From assembly GCA_026023565.1 (NCBI GenBank), contig JAPETS010000012.1, positions 1-64,000 of the forward strand: DNA of 64,000 nt, in the 5' to 3' direction. The notes beneath the pieces are model-generated. The model worked only from the letters and a program-made list of their open reading frames with translations. It ran no database searches and was not told the origin of the DNA. The DNA is from Cirrosporium novae-zelandiae. Lineage: Eukaryota. Below are positions 51,891-62,398 of the stretch, in pieces (the stretch's first letter is position 1; every line of letters starts with the position of its first letter). Position numbers and translations under genes: made by a program.

Positions 51891-54818
51891 ATGCAGAGCC
51901 GAGGTGGGTCTCCAAGTGAAGGCTACGTTGGACGAGGAAGTGCTCGAGCTGGAACCAAGCGAAAGCTTGTACAGCCATCAGAATCAATTGAACATCAGCC
52001 TTTACAGAAGGACATTCCAGAGCTATTTTTGACTTCCAAGCCATCTCCTGCTCTGTCTGAACCAGTTTCATCGTCCTCGAAGAAACCGAAACGAGAGAGC
52101 GCACCCCGACTTAAGAGATCACGAAGCGACATGTACACCTTTGAGAGTAGAAGCCCGAAGGGTACCCAAACTATCGATCTTACCAAGCCTCCCATGAAGA
52201 ACACTTCTGATTTTGCCAAGGCGTTTACTCCCCATGCTGGTGCTAAAAAGATTGTTGTCAAAAATCTTCGACAGATAACAAAAGTCGATCCTACACAATA
52301 CTTGAATCGGATATGGGTGAAACTTGAAGCTGCCTTGGAGGCCATATTCAATGAGCAAAGGATACCACATCCATTAGAAGAACTGTACCGAGGAGTGGAG
52401 AGTCTCTGCCGGCAAGGCCAAGCTGCTGAGGTTGCTCGAAGACTTCGGCTCAAATGCTTATGCCATACCTCTATGTTAAGGAATACCTTACAGGGAATGT
52501 CTAAAGCAAATTCACATGACCATGAGGTATTGAAAGATGTCATTACAGCATGGGAAAAATGGAGTGCACAATTGGTAGGTTCCAAGAACATTCCATGCAT
52601 CGGCGAGCCACGACTTCTATCGAAGTGAAACTATCAAAGTCGAATCTTTGCAAGCCTATATAGAGCACGTCTTAATACATGGATGGTTGTCGTGGCTCGT
52701 TAGTACATGGAATGCACCCTCAGTGGGACAGTAGATGCTAATGGAAATTCTAGGTTACGATTAGGACAATATTTTTCTACCTCGACCGGTCCTATCTTCT
52801 GAACTCGGCCGAATATCCTCAAATCAATGAGATGGGCCTTTCGCAATTTGGTCAAAGCATTTACTCTGACAAGAGCCTAAAGCCTAAAATTATTCACGGC
52901 GTATGTGAACTTATATCTGAAGCCCGAAATGAAAGGACTTTGTCAAAGCCAAATGAGGAGACCCTTCGTCAGGCCATCAAATTATTTCATGAGCTCCTAG
53001 TTTTCTCAAAAGAGGTTGAACCAGCGATACTTGGAGAAGGACAAAAATACTTTGTAGCTGTCGCCAAGGACAGAAGCCAAAGTTCTTTATCTGAATATGT
53101 TCAATTCGTTCTGGCGCTCATAGATGATGAAATAAGAGGATGCAATGTTTATGGTTTAGATGACAGTACCAAGCGGGAATTCCTAAGGCTCATAGACGAG
53201 CACCTCATCGAAGAAAAACAGTCTATACTGGTGGATGTATCAAACATTTCGGCACTCTTAGAAAGGAATGATAAGGTCTCTCTTGAGAGGCTATATCGGG
53301 TCTTGCAACGCAGGGGCCTCTGTCTTGGCTTGAAACCTGCCTTCGAGGAGTTCATCTATAATAAGGGGTGCGAAATTGCCTTTGATGAAGAACATGAGAA
53401 TGAGATGGTTGTCAAACTCCTTCTCTTAAAAGCCAACTTAGATGACATATGGAAGACTGCGTTCCAAAAAGACGCCGAACTCGGTATAACTCTTAGAAAA
53501 TCATTCGAGAAATTCATCAACGAGACAAGGAAGACGCAGTCTGCTTGGGGCACAGACAACCACAAGCCAGGCGAGATGATTGCAAAATACATAGACAACC
53601 TTTTACGGGGTGGTGTGAAAGCAATTCCAGCTTCTCTAAGATTTGGAGCCAGCTCCGCTGCTGATAAAACCAAAGATGCGGCTGCTGAAGAAGAAGACCA
53701 GGATGAAGATGAAATTGATGATGAGGCTGAAATAGAAAAACAGCTCGAACAAGTTCTCGATCTCTTCCGCTTCATCCATGGAAAGGCTGTCTTCGAAGCG
53801 TTCTACAAAAAAGACCTTGCACGACGGTTGCTCATGAATAGGAGTGCCAGTGCTGATGCCGAGAAGAATATGCTCGAGAAGTTGAAGGATGAATGTGGGT
53901 CAAACTTTACACAAAACTTAGAAAGCATGTTCCAAGACATTACTCTTTCGAAAGAAGAGGGGAGTGCATACAAAGCACTTCTCTCGGAGCGTGGGGACAT
54001 ACCCGAGATTGATTTAAGTGTGAGCGTTCTTGGGTCTGCTGCCTGGCCTACATATCCCGAAGTACCCGTCACAATTCCGGCCGACGTCAAACAAGCTATT
54101 GATGGATATGAAGAGTTTTATAGTTCTAAGCATACAGGTAGACAACTTACCTGGAAACACAATCTCGAGCACTGCCAACTCAGAGCTCGGTTCCCCAAGG
54201 GCAACAAAGAACTCGTTGTAAGTGCTTTTCAGGCCATTGTGCTCCTTCTCTTCAACGATATTGGTGGTGGCGAATCTATCGGCTATCAGGACCTCAAAGC
54301 TGTTACCGGACTAGGTATGTTATATCACCGCCTCCTTCCCACGTCCTCTCTTGAGCATAAAAAAGCAATACCTAACATCCAAACCCCCAGCCGACCCCGA
54401 ACTCCAGCGAACCCTCCAATCCCTAGCCTGCGGCAACTACCGCGTCCTCTTAAAATCCACTAAAGGCCCTACCGTCTCCCCAACGGACACCTTCAAATAC
54501 AACACGCACTTCACCTCCCCCAAATACCGCATCAAAATCAACACCATCCAGCTCAAAGAAACAAAGCAAGAAAACAAAGAAACCCACGAGCGTATTGCAA
54601 TGGACCGGCATCTGGAAACCCAGGCAGCGATTGTGCGCATCATGAAGGGGAAGAAGGAATGTGGGTACCAGGAACTGGTGGTGGAGGTCATTAATGAGAC
54701 GACGAAGAGGGGTCAGCTAGCCGTGGCGGAAATTAAGAAAGAGGTGGATCGATTGATCGAGAAGGAATATGTGGAAAGAAGCGAAGAGAAGCCGGGGTGG
54801 ATTCGTTATGTAGCTTAA
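51891..54818 (+). CDS. CUL4: Cullin-4. Exons 51891-52574, 52754-54314, 54391-54818
   Basis: GAKKIVVKNLR, LEELYRGVE, IFFYLDRSYL, HGKAVFEAFYKKDLARRLL, ASADAEK, YRIKINTIQLKET, AAIVRIMK neddylation motif. Confidence 0.94.
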
Positions 54819-55135
54819 GGGAATTAGATGAGGGAGCAGTAGGGGAGAGAGTGACTAAGAGACGTTGAGCGAACGCACGAGGCGAGGAAAAAGTATGGAA
54901 AACTCTCGCCTCACCTTATGCTATGGACCTGGTCCAACCGGCCGATCGTCCATCCATCCCACCAATTGATCCATCGATAATGAATAACCACTTTCTGGAT
55001 TATGCGCAAACGGTCATTATTTGAACTCATTAGGGGAATCATACATATCGAATATCGAATACCAAATATCAAATGGCATGGCATGACATGACATGACATC
55101 TGTGTAGAATAACCCTTTTCTAGGTCCAGCAGTAG

Positions 55136-55268
55136 TAGAAGAACACTGATATTAGTATGGTTAATCACTAGCACTCTTGGGAATCGAACCCAATCTAGAA
55201 TTTATGAAACCTGACAGTTGGGTAGTAAGGCAAGCTTATTTACAAGTACTTCTCAACAACTGGGGCCG
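55136..55268 (-). mobile_element. Truncated, heavily transition-mutated copy of a tRNA-derived SINE-like repeat
   Basis: Reverse complement of 55136-55206 aligns without gaps to 56507-56577 and contains TTGGG-TTCGATT-CCCAA (T-arm/B box). Confidence 0.75.
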
Positions 55269-56453
55269 ACTTTTAAGGAGAAGAAAAGCGCTGGATAACA
55301 TACATAACCCGGTGGGAACTTATATCCCCAACAAGTTAGAAAATTATACTGGACTTTCATTCCGCATCTGGTTTAGTGCTATAATTTTTTTTTTTTTTTC
55401 TCGAAACGTTGGCCGTGGTAGTTGGTCTATGCTTTCCTCTCTATCACTTTCGAAAGTAGATACCTCATTTGGTACAGTACACATGAAACCGGAGAAAAAT
55501 AACTCGATATCTCCGACGCAAAATTCTTGGTCGTACCCTGCATTTTGTTATCTAGATCTGCCCCGCATCACCATCACTATCGTTCGTTCTGCCCCTCATT
55601 TGTTTTTCTCAACATCGTTTAATAATCCTAATAAGAAAGAATATCTATGGCTAATAATCATTAGACTATTGGGAATGTTTTTTTTTACGATCCATTGTCG
55701 TTGAGTTTGTTGGGTACAAGTAATGGGGGCCTGGGTGATGTTTAGTAGTAGATGGTTGTCTATATAGGTTAGGGGATTTAGTTGTATTAGTTAACTGAGT
55801 GAAGCTTAAGGGGGGACGACGTGGGATATCAAGCTACAAAGTAACGGACACTGGACGTGTGAGAATACATAGTCTGGGGGTGGGTTGCGACAAGCAACAA
55901 AGATTTTTGGATTCTTTTTTATTTCATTTCATTTCGGGCTATTCAAGTCATGCCAAAGTTCGTGTTCTTCCAAACCCCTTTTTGGTGTGATCTTTCTACT
56001 TGGAGCACATAGCATTCGGCTTCACCGCTGAGAGGCTAGCTTATTTGGTTCGAGGAGGGCCTCGCCACTACTCTCTGAGTAATTATCCTGGGTGCTTAAT
56101 TGAATCAAGCTGGGCAGCGAATTCGTCATGGTTATAATTCGACCCAAGAAGCCATATAGGTCGGCCATGAATGCTATGCATGCTGGGTTGGATTGAGTCA
56201 CACTGATGTCAGTGTTGGAAGAGATGTGGTTATCAAACAAATACCCAGGAGTACGGACTGTGTAACCTGAGGGGTATATCTTATGAATAGAGATGAGATA
56301 AGCTAAAATCTTACTGTGGTTTCTTACAAGGGTTATCTTGATGTTCCGTGTTATTCCGTGTTAAGTTGAGTTGTGTATATAGTATAACTTTCATAGAATT
56401 AATTCTGCATTCCTGCACAAAATAACATTACTACTAAGCAAAAAGAGCGTGAT

Positions 56454-56720
56454 TGCCCTCTAGTTACTCAACGAGTAATCTGTTTAACTATAAACTTGTC
56501 AAATGTCATAAACACTAGGCTGGGTTCGATTCCCAAGAGCGCCAGTGACTGGTCACACCGGCATCAGTGTTCTTCCAAACTGACCGCGTCCGTGACAGGG
56601 TAGATTGTTTAGTTTGCAAGTGGTTGATATATAAATTGAAATTCCAAACGGGAGATGAAGACCATTAATTGCTCGGATACTATTAAGGCACTCGTATGTT
56701 AATCGCATGCACTTACAATC
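56454..56720 (+). mobile_element. tRNA-derived SINE-like element (degenerate tRNA head 56454-56544 plus unrelated body and tail)
   Basis: B box GGTTCGATTCC at 56523-56533; imperfect acceptor stem TGCCCTC/GAGCGCC; no oligo-T terminator after the head; homology with the second copy extends past the tRNA 3' end; 3' boundary uncertain. Confidence 0.7.
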
Positions 56721-56912
56721 TATTGCATATCTTACCCCCTAGATTATAGGCATGAGCTTCTTCGATAAATAAGGTTGAGCCTCAAGATCTTATTATTAGG
56801 CTACTAGCGAGCGCTATCTGTGGACAATCAAGGATATAGATTAGTCCATTCCCTTCACTGCCCCCCCCTTGATCATATACTATTCAACTCCACTACCGAA
56901 AGGCTAAGTTGC

Positions 56913-57632
56913 TTAGCTCGGGCAGTTATACCCACTCTCCCCACAATCACTGGGGCTTAGAAGACCCATGGAGCTGAGAAGACTTATGGAGCCAGACAGC
57001 CGGGAATCCATGGTTCTTGGAGAGATTATACCGGGGTCACTTGCATCATTTCTAGCAGCATAGACGTTGTCGTACATTTTCTCGGCTTTCTCGTTGGCTA
57101 GCTTTTTAGCTTTTTTTTGGTCTACTGAATTTATTATACCGAGAGTCTTGGTGAGCTGGTAGAGCTCGCGAACGACGAAGGCGAAGAGAATGCCTTTTGC
57201 CAAGGGATTGTTGGTTAGGTAGTTGCTTCCAACTTTATCAATTAGTTTCAAACGGGCCTTAAAAGGGTAATTTGAGAGGAGGAGAGTAAAGAAAAAATAC
57301 CTTTGGCATGTTGGAATTTCCCGAAACCTAGGACGGCTGCCATTCCCACGATCCATTCATTCAACAATTGGGGATCATGAGTAGGAGCATCCTTTGTGGA
57401 AGCAAGTTGAAAGTAAATAGTATCTCCGTCTCCTGTAGAAAACGACAGATTAATTAGGTTGGTTTTAAAAAGGTAAAAGGGTAGGGCAACACTTACCTTT
57501 GGCAACTGTATTGATGAAAGGGGATGCAATAAACTGGCTGCCCAACGCAGAGACGATATCTTGTTGGTAATATGATAAGTAACGGGTCAGGGAAAGAAAA
57601 GAGGATTGTAAAAGCTTACCCTGGGGACTCAT
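56913..57632 (-). CDS. Divergent CipC-like (DUF3759-like) small protein. Exons 57632-57620, 57559-57497, 57432-57301, 57232-56913
   Basis: Three GT-AG introns give a continuous frame: MSPQDIVSALGSQF...NEWIVGMAAVLGFGKFQHAKVG...PLAKGILFAFVVRELYQLTKTLG...DQKKAKKLANEKAEKMYDNVY, echoing the CipC helical pattern. Confidence 0.6.
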
Positions 57633-58720
57633 GTTGATAGATAGTGGGGTGATAGATTGGTTGATAAAGCAAGTACTCTGGCAGATATTAAAGCGAGATT
57701 GTTTGAAAAAAAAAAAGAAGACGAAGGTGAGTCTTATATATTACTGCGGCGCTTATCATTTGACAACTCATATGTTATGGAATTGCAGCGTTCTTGCCCT
57801 TTTGCCTGGATTGCCTACCCCATTGGGGTCAGCTTGTGGGCACGGGCCCCCATGCGGGGTGTATCTGTATTCATGTCATCATAGCTCATATCATGTTTCA
57901 GGTGATCATTGATCGAACCACCCTGTACACACATAAGGTGTATAAGTCGGCCAAGTTGAGTTGTAATAGGCCATTTGGTGATGACCGGAAAGGAAAAAAG
58001 ATTTGGGGATTTTGGGTAACGGAGGGAAAATAGCCATCTAGTCGAGATTAGGCAATGAAATATCTATGATACAAAAAGTATATAGGACGCAGGAGGGTAC
58101 ATGATGCAAAAAATGGATATGATTCACATTAGCATTAGTTACATAATGCTACCATTGCATTGCTGAAACAAAGCAGAAACTGAAAAAATATTACCTACAT
58201 CAATCTACGTTTATGATAGATGACTGAGACGGCTTTTATGTTCCTCAACAGATATTTTGTGGAATAACGTCGAAATCTAGACTCTAGTGTCAAGCATGCG
58301 ACGCAAAATCTTTGATATGTTGTTTCATGCGCAACAATCCATAGTACGGCTTTGAGCTCCACACGGAATTTAACTGATTCAAATGATTCCTAGATAGTAT
58401 ATATCTACCAGAGTACTTGTATGGTGATTGTGTTATATCATTAAAACTCAAAAAAGGGAATTTGAAATTGAGTTTGTACTATGGACTAGTAAATTGCGGC
58501 TCCTCGGCATATCTTATACCTTAATTTGCACATCTGTTCTTTCGGCTTCTTTATGCATTCAAGACGCAGAATGATAGGAGTGCCGTCAGGGTAGAGGCAA
58601 ATGTTGAACGCCGATCTAACATGTCACTTTCGTTTCAGGATTGCCCCGCGCCAACCCTTGTCTGAGACAAGAATTCTACTGTAGAGGATTAATGAGTAGT
58701 TTCCGGGGACCGGGGAGGGG

Positions 58721-58892
58721 CAGTGAAGGGAATAGGCCAGACCAGACCGGTCTGATGGTGATTATGGCTGCGGTAACTTGATTATTACTGTAGCAACAGT
58801 CGCGAACGTCCTTACTGCTGATCCGTGCCATCCCAACATGAGGTTATTTTGACCATATCAGACAGGTCTGGTCTGATCTATTCCCTTCCCTG
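58721..58892. mobile_element. 172-bp MITE with hAT-superfamily signature
   Basis: About 36-40 bp imperfect TIRs (CAGTGAAGGGAATAGGCCAGACCAGACCGGTCTGAT / ATCAGACAGGTCTGGTCTGATCTATTCCCTTCCCTG) and an identical 8-bp flanking duplication GGGAGGGG (58713-58720, 58893-58900). Confidence 0.85.
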
Positions 58893-59809
58893 GGGAGGGG
58901 GACCAACTCCCCGAAATATCATCCTCGAACTTTATTTATTGCGCATGCTTAGGGTGCTCTGTAAAAATTATGATCGCCTGCTTTGTCCCCAAATGGCGCA
59001 AAACTGGGGGTTCAATTGGCCCAGTTATAAGATCTTGAGGCTCAGTACGATTCAGCAAAGAAGTTGATGCCTGAATCTGCCTGAAAATGGTGATCTGACC
59101 TACTATAATCCTTATATGACAGCCCTATAAACGTGCGCCATTCGGATAGGCTAAATAACTATTTTTAAAGCATCGATAAGCGTGGTAGTCAGGAATCTGG
59201 GCAGATGCAATTGGTAGGTACCTTTGCCTAATAAATAAGGCGGCCTGCGCGTAACTGTCCCAGAGTTGGTCACTTTCACCAAACGTTGGTTGCTCCCAGC
59301 TTCGATCTCTTATACCAAGGACCAAATTTTGGTGAAATGTCTAACTCTAGGTCAGTTGCGTTATACGATTATCCATGGCCTAAGTTGTAAGGTTCTATCT
59401 ATTCCTTATAATTTTCTTTTTTTATTGCTTTTTCTTTTGATTAAGTAGTGTGAAATGCGTCATCTATTATTGACCAATGTAGCAAGCAAGTAATGTAAAT
59501 CATGAAAATATATTATCAGGTATCTTTGATCAAATATAATAATCATGGTTATGAGTGCGATTATGATCGTGATATTGTGAACCCGCCGAACACCATCTAG
59601 GTATTAATTCATTCTCATCGTTTTCGTCCCCCCCAAACCTAGATTCCAGATGACGTTGTATTCCAGCAGTGAAGAAGAAGAAGAAGTAGAAGAAAAAGGA
59701 TAGCACAAGCAATCCTCCTCGTTCCAAGCGTGGAAATCTTACATGAAAAATCCCAAAATCCGACGACGTGCAACATTAGGTTATTAGCATAGCATGGAAA
59801 GTCTCTGAT

Positions 59810-62004
59810 CTATCCTGAAAGCCATCTGCTTTTCTTGATGGGATTGTGATACGGCAGCGAAGGTTTCATATCGACAAAGGAGGCTAGAGTGGAATTAGTG
59901 TTGATCTGAGCCCCACCACCAGGGGCCGCACGCCTCGGGGTCTCGTCTAATGCATTCTTCGCGATCCTCTGTGCTGCAGTTTTGGATCCCTGTTGCTCTG
60001 CGATCGCGAGTCCGTTCAACTGCTCTAGTTCCTCGGACGTAAAGTCCCGATACTCCTCTGGAACGCTCTCGGCGATACTCTTAATCTTGCTCCAGATTTG
60101 CGCAGTGGGAAGATTGAGATCCGCTATTTCTTGCATCATTAAGATTTGGGCTTTGGTTTGCTGGGCGTGTTTGCGGTAGTGGTTTCGGATTCGGTCTTGG
60201 CTGTCGTCTGAACTGGCATTGTAGAATTTGGTTATACAGCCATCGATTGGGCAGGCCCAGACGTTGCCGGGGCGGTTTGGTTGGTTGGTGGGAATAGGTG
60301 CCGAGACGACGGTCAGGGTGCCCATTGGAATTGTCTTTTTGGGAGGGGAAGGGGGGGACGGGTCGTCGTCTAGGTGGGGGCTGCTGGATATGGATATGAC
60401 TTCTGGGCTTTCGTGAAGGAAACCGGCATGGGGGTAGGGATGAGTTCGGGTAGAGGCGGAAGTGCTTCGAAGTTCACGGGTAAAATCGGTCGTGAAATCT
60501 ATAGGCTTGTCTTCATCTATATGCATTTTCTCATATTCGTCGTCGCCAGAAGGATCCGTGCTCTCATTTAAGTAGTTGAAATCATCACTATTACTAATGA
60601 AACTTGATCGAGAGCGTTTAGGTGCCTTCCCCCCTGTTCGAGGTTGTAGACTAGAAGCAGGTCGTATAGAGGATATTCGTCTTCGTTTTGCAGATGGTTC
60701 CTCTTCATCCATCTCAACCTGTTCAATTTTACCCGACCGTAGTTGCATGGGGTGAGGTGTGTCCGAAAAGTCCTGGCTGGCAGCCTCGGTAGCTAACTGA
60801 TTATAGATGAAACGATTAGACCACCCATAGCCTTCCGATTTGGCGTCCGATTTGTCCATGAGTTGGACGATTTCGCGAGAGAGTTTTTTTATTCGGTCCA
60901 AGGCTTTGGAGGAGTTATGAAAATCATACCTTTGTCCAAGTAATCCCGAGACTTTCTCAATGTTAAATGATGCTGTACTGATGGGCCCGTCGGCTGCAGC
61001 GGATTCAATAAAGTCATAAATTACCTCTGCCTGTGCGAGACGGCCCTTGACAATAGTAGGATATGAACTTTCAGTTATCGCAGGAGGTGTGGGTGATTTA
61101 GATGCTGAAATTACAGGCATAACATCAGGGTCATTAACCACCCGAAGATTATTTTTGGCCTTCAAGGTTGATGCAACCTTCTCGAAGTCGGCCTAAGAGT
61201 TTTGAATAATTATTAGTTGAGACTCGCAGCCTAGAAACGAGCGGACTGACAGGATATTTTTCCTTGAGTTCCGAGTAGAGCGCTGTATTTTGCCAATCAA
61301 TCCCTTCTTTCCCGCTTAGCATTTGCGTTAGAAGAAATATCCTATGTAATTTAAATTTCTCCAAGACATCACTAATTTCCCTACAATCAGTGTTGCCCTC
61401 TTCGATGAACTGATCCTTATCAGCAAGTGAATGGGTTTAAAAATGCAGTTTGAAAATGAATGCGCACCTTTCGCCACATGTACTTTCCACCATCGATGGA
61501 TTTTTTCAATGTTCTTTTCTTCCGTTGACGGTCTGCGAAGAAGTAGAGGATATGAATTGCTTCAAGCATTCCATTGTAAACTTCCATATACTCCTGTGCA
61601 GGTTTGAGATAATACCATCCCGCCTTTCCAGCTGCCCATACTGTTATAGCACCATTGTCCAGTTCACCGTATGCAAAATGAGTCACTCGGCGGAGCACGA
61701 CGGATTTACTGTAGTAATCTGGGTCAAGGACTGTACAGTACATTATTAGAATCTCAATATTGTTAATATTTAGGAAAAACATACCCAGATGTTCTTGATC
61801 TTTATCAACTGGCGACAACTGACCGATAACTCGAACAGGTGCAGCTTCATATGCATTCAGCAAGCTGACCAGGTGATTGCTATCGGTAGCCAAAGGGAAT
61901 ATCTTCACATTATTAAGAGTAAACTCTTCCCAGTCATTGTCGTTCACAACCTTGCTATCTCTTTGTTTCAACACTTTTTCTTCCGGAGCAATGCTCAACG
62001 ACAT
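59810..62004 (-). CDS. RFTS (DNMT1-RFD)-domain protein with C-terminal C2H2 finger; Raf2/DIM-7-like. Exons 62004-61785, 61730-61468, 61409-61251, 61192-59810
   Basis: NDWEEFTLNNVKI...LVSLLNA...PVRVIGQL, FAYGELDNGAITVWAAGKAGWYYLKPAQEY; later WACPIDGC...IRNHYRKH. Confidence 0.72.
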
Positions 62005-62398
62005 GTTGAAGGTAACCACCAGTATTGTAGAGATAGTGAATGAAATGAATAGAAGTTGGTATGGATATAAAGAAAGATGATAGGTTGGTTGAACTGCATG
62101 TTTATTCGCTGTGGCCTGTGCACTTATCGATAACATTATGAAACGAGGCTGCAAAAGGCTGAAGGCAGAACTGCACCAACACCAACATATGAAAAGGCAT
62201 CACAAGTTATTTGATCTTTTGAACGAGCGACTAATGATGCCTTGATCCGTCATTTTGTTCATTTTTTATTTTACCAGAAACATATACTATGATGAGACGA
62301 TATCACCGTCTATTGTCTCTCTAAACTCTCCGACGAAAGCTATATCTTATTGGCTTGATATTTTCTCCCAACCTTCACTTCCTCCTCAATACCCTCTC

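Noticed and set aside
51995..52600. Long antisense ORFs over CUL4, TEL1, NUP192, UPF0052 and others
   Set aside because: Shadow ORFs of real coding sequence with no independent protein features
55177..55704. 175-codon ORF
   Set aside because: TTG start inside the SINE-like copy, runs through a poly-T tract, and has no recognisable protein features
56454..56544. Functional tRNA or tRNA-Sec (6-bp D-like stem, 4-bp T stem)
   Set aside because: No UCA anticodon in a paired stem, acceptor and T-stem mismatches, no GG in the D-loop, no oligo-T terminator, and a second copy shares non-tRNA 3' sequence; better explained as a SINE head
62255..62398. N-terminal extension of PUS4 from an upstream TTG as a mitochondrial presequence
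   Set aside because: The sequence is not Arg-rich or amphipathic and resembles pyrimidine-rich leader DNA; unsupported
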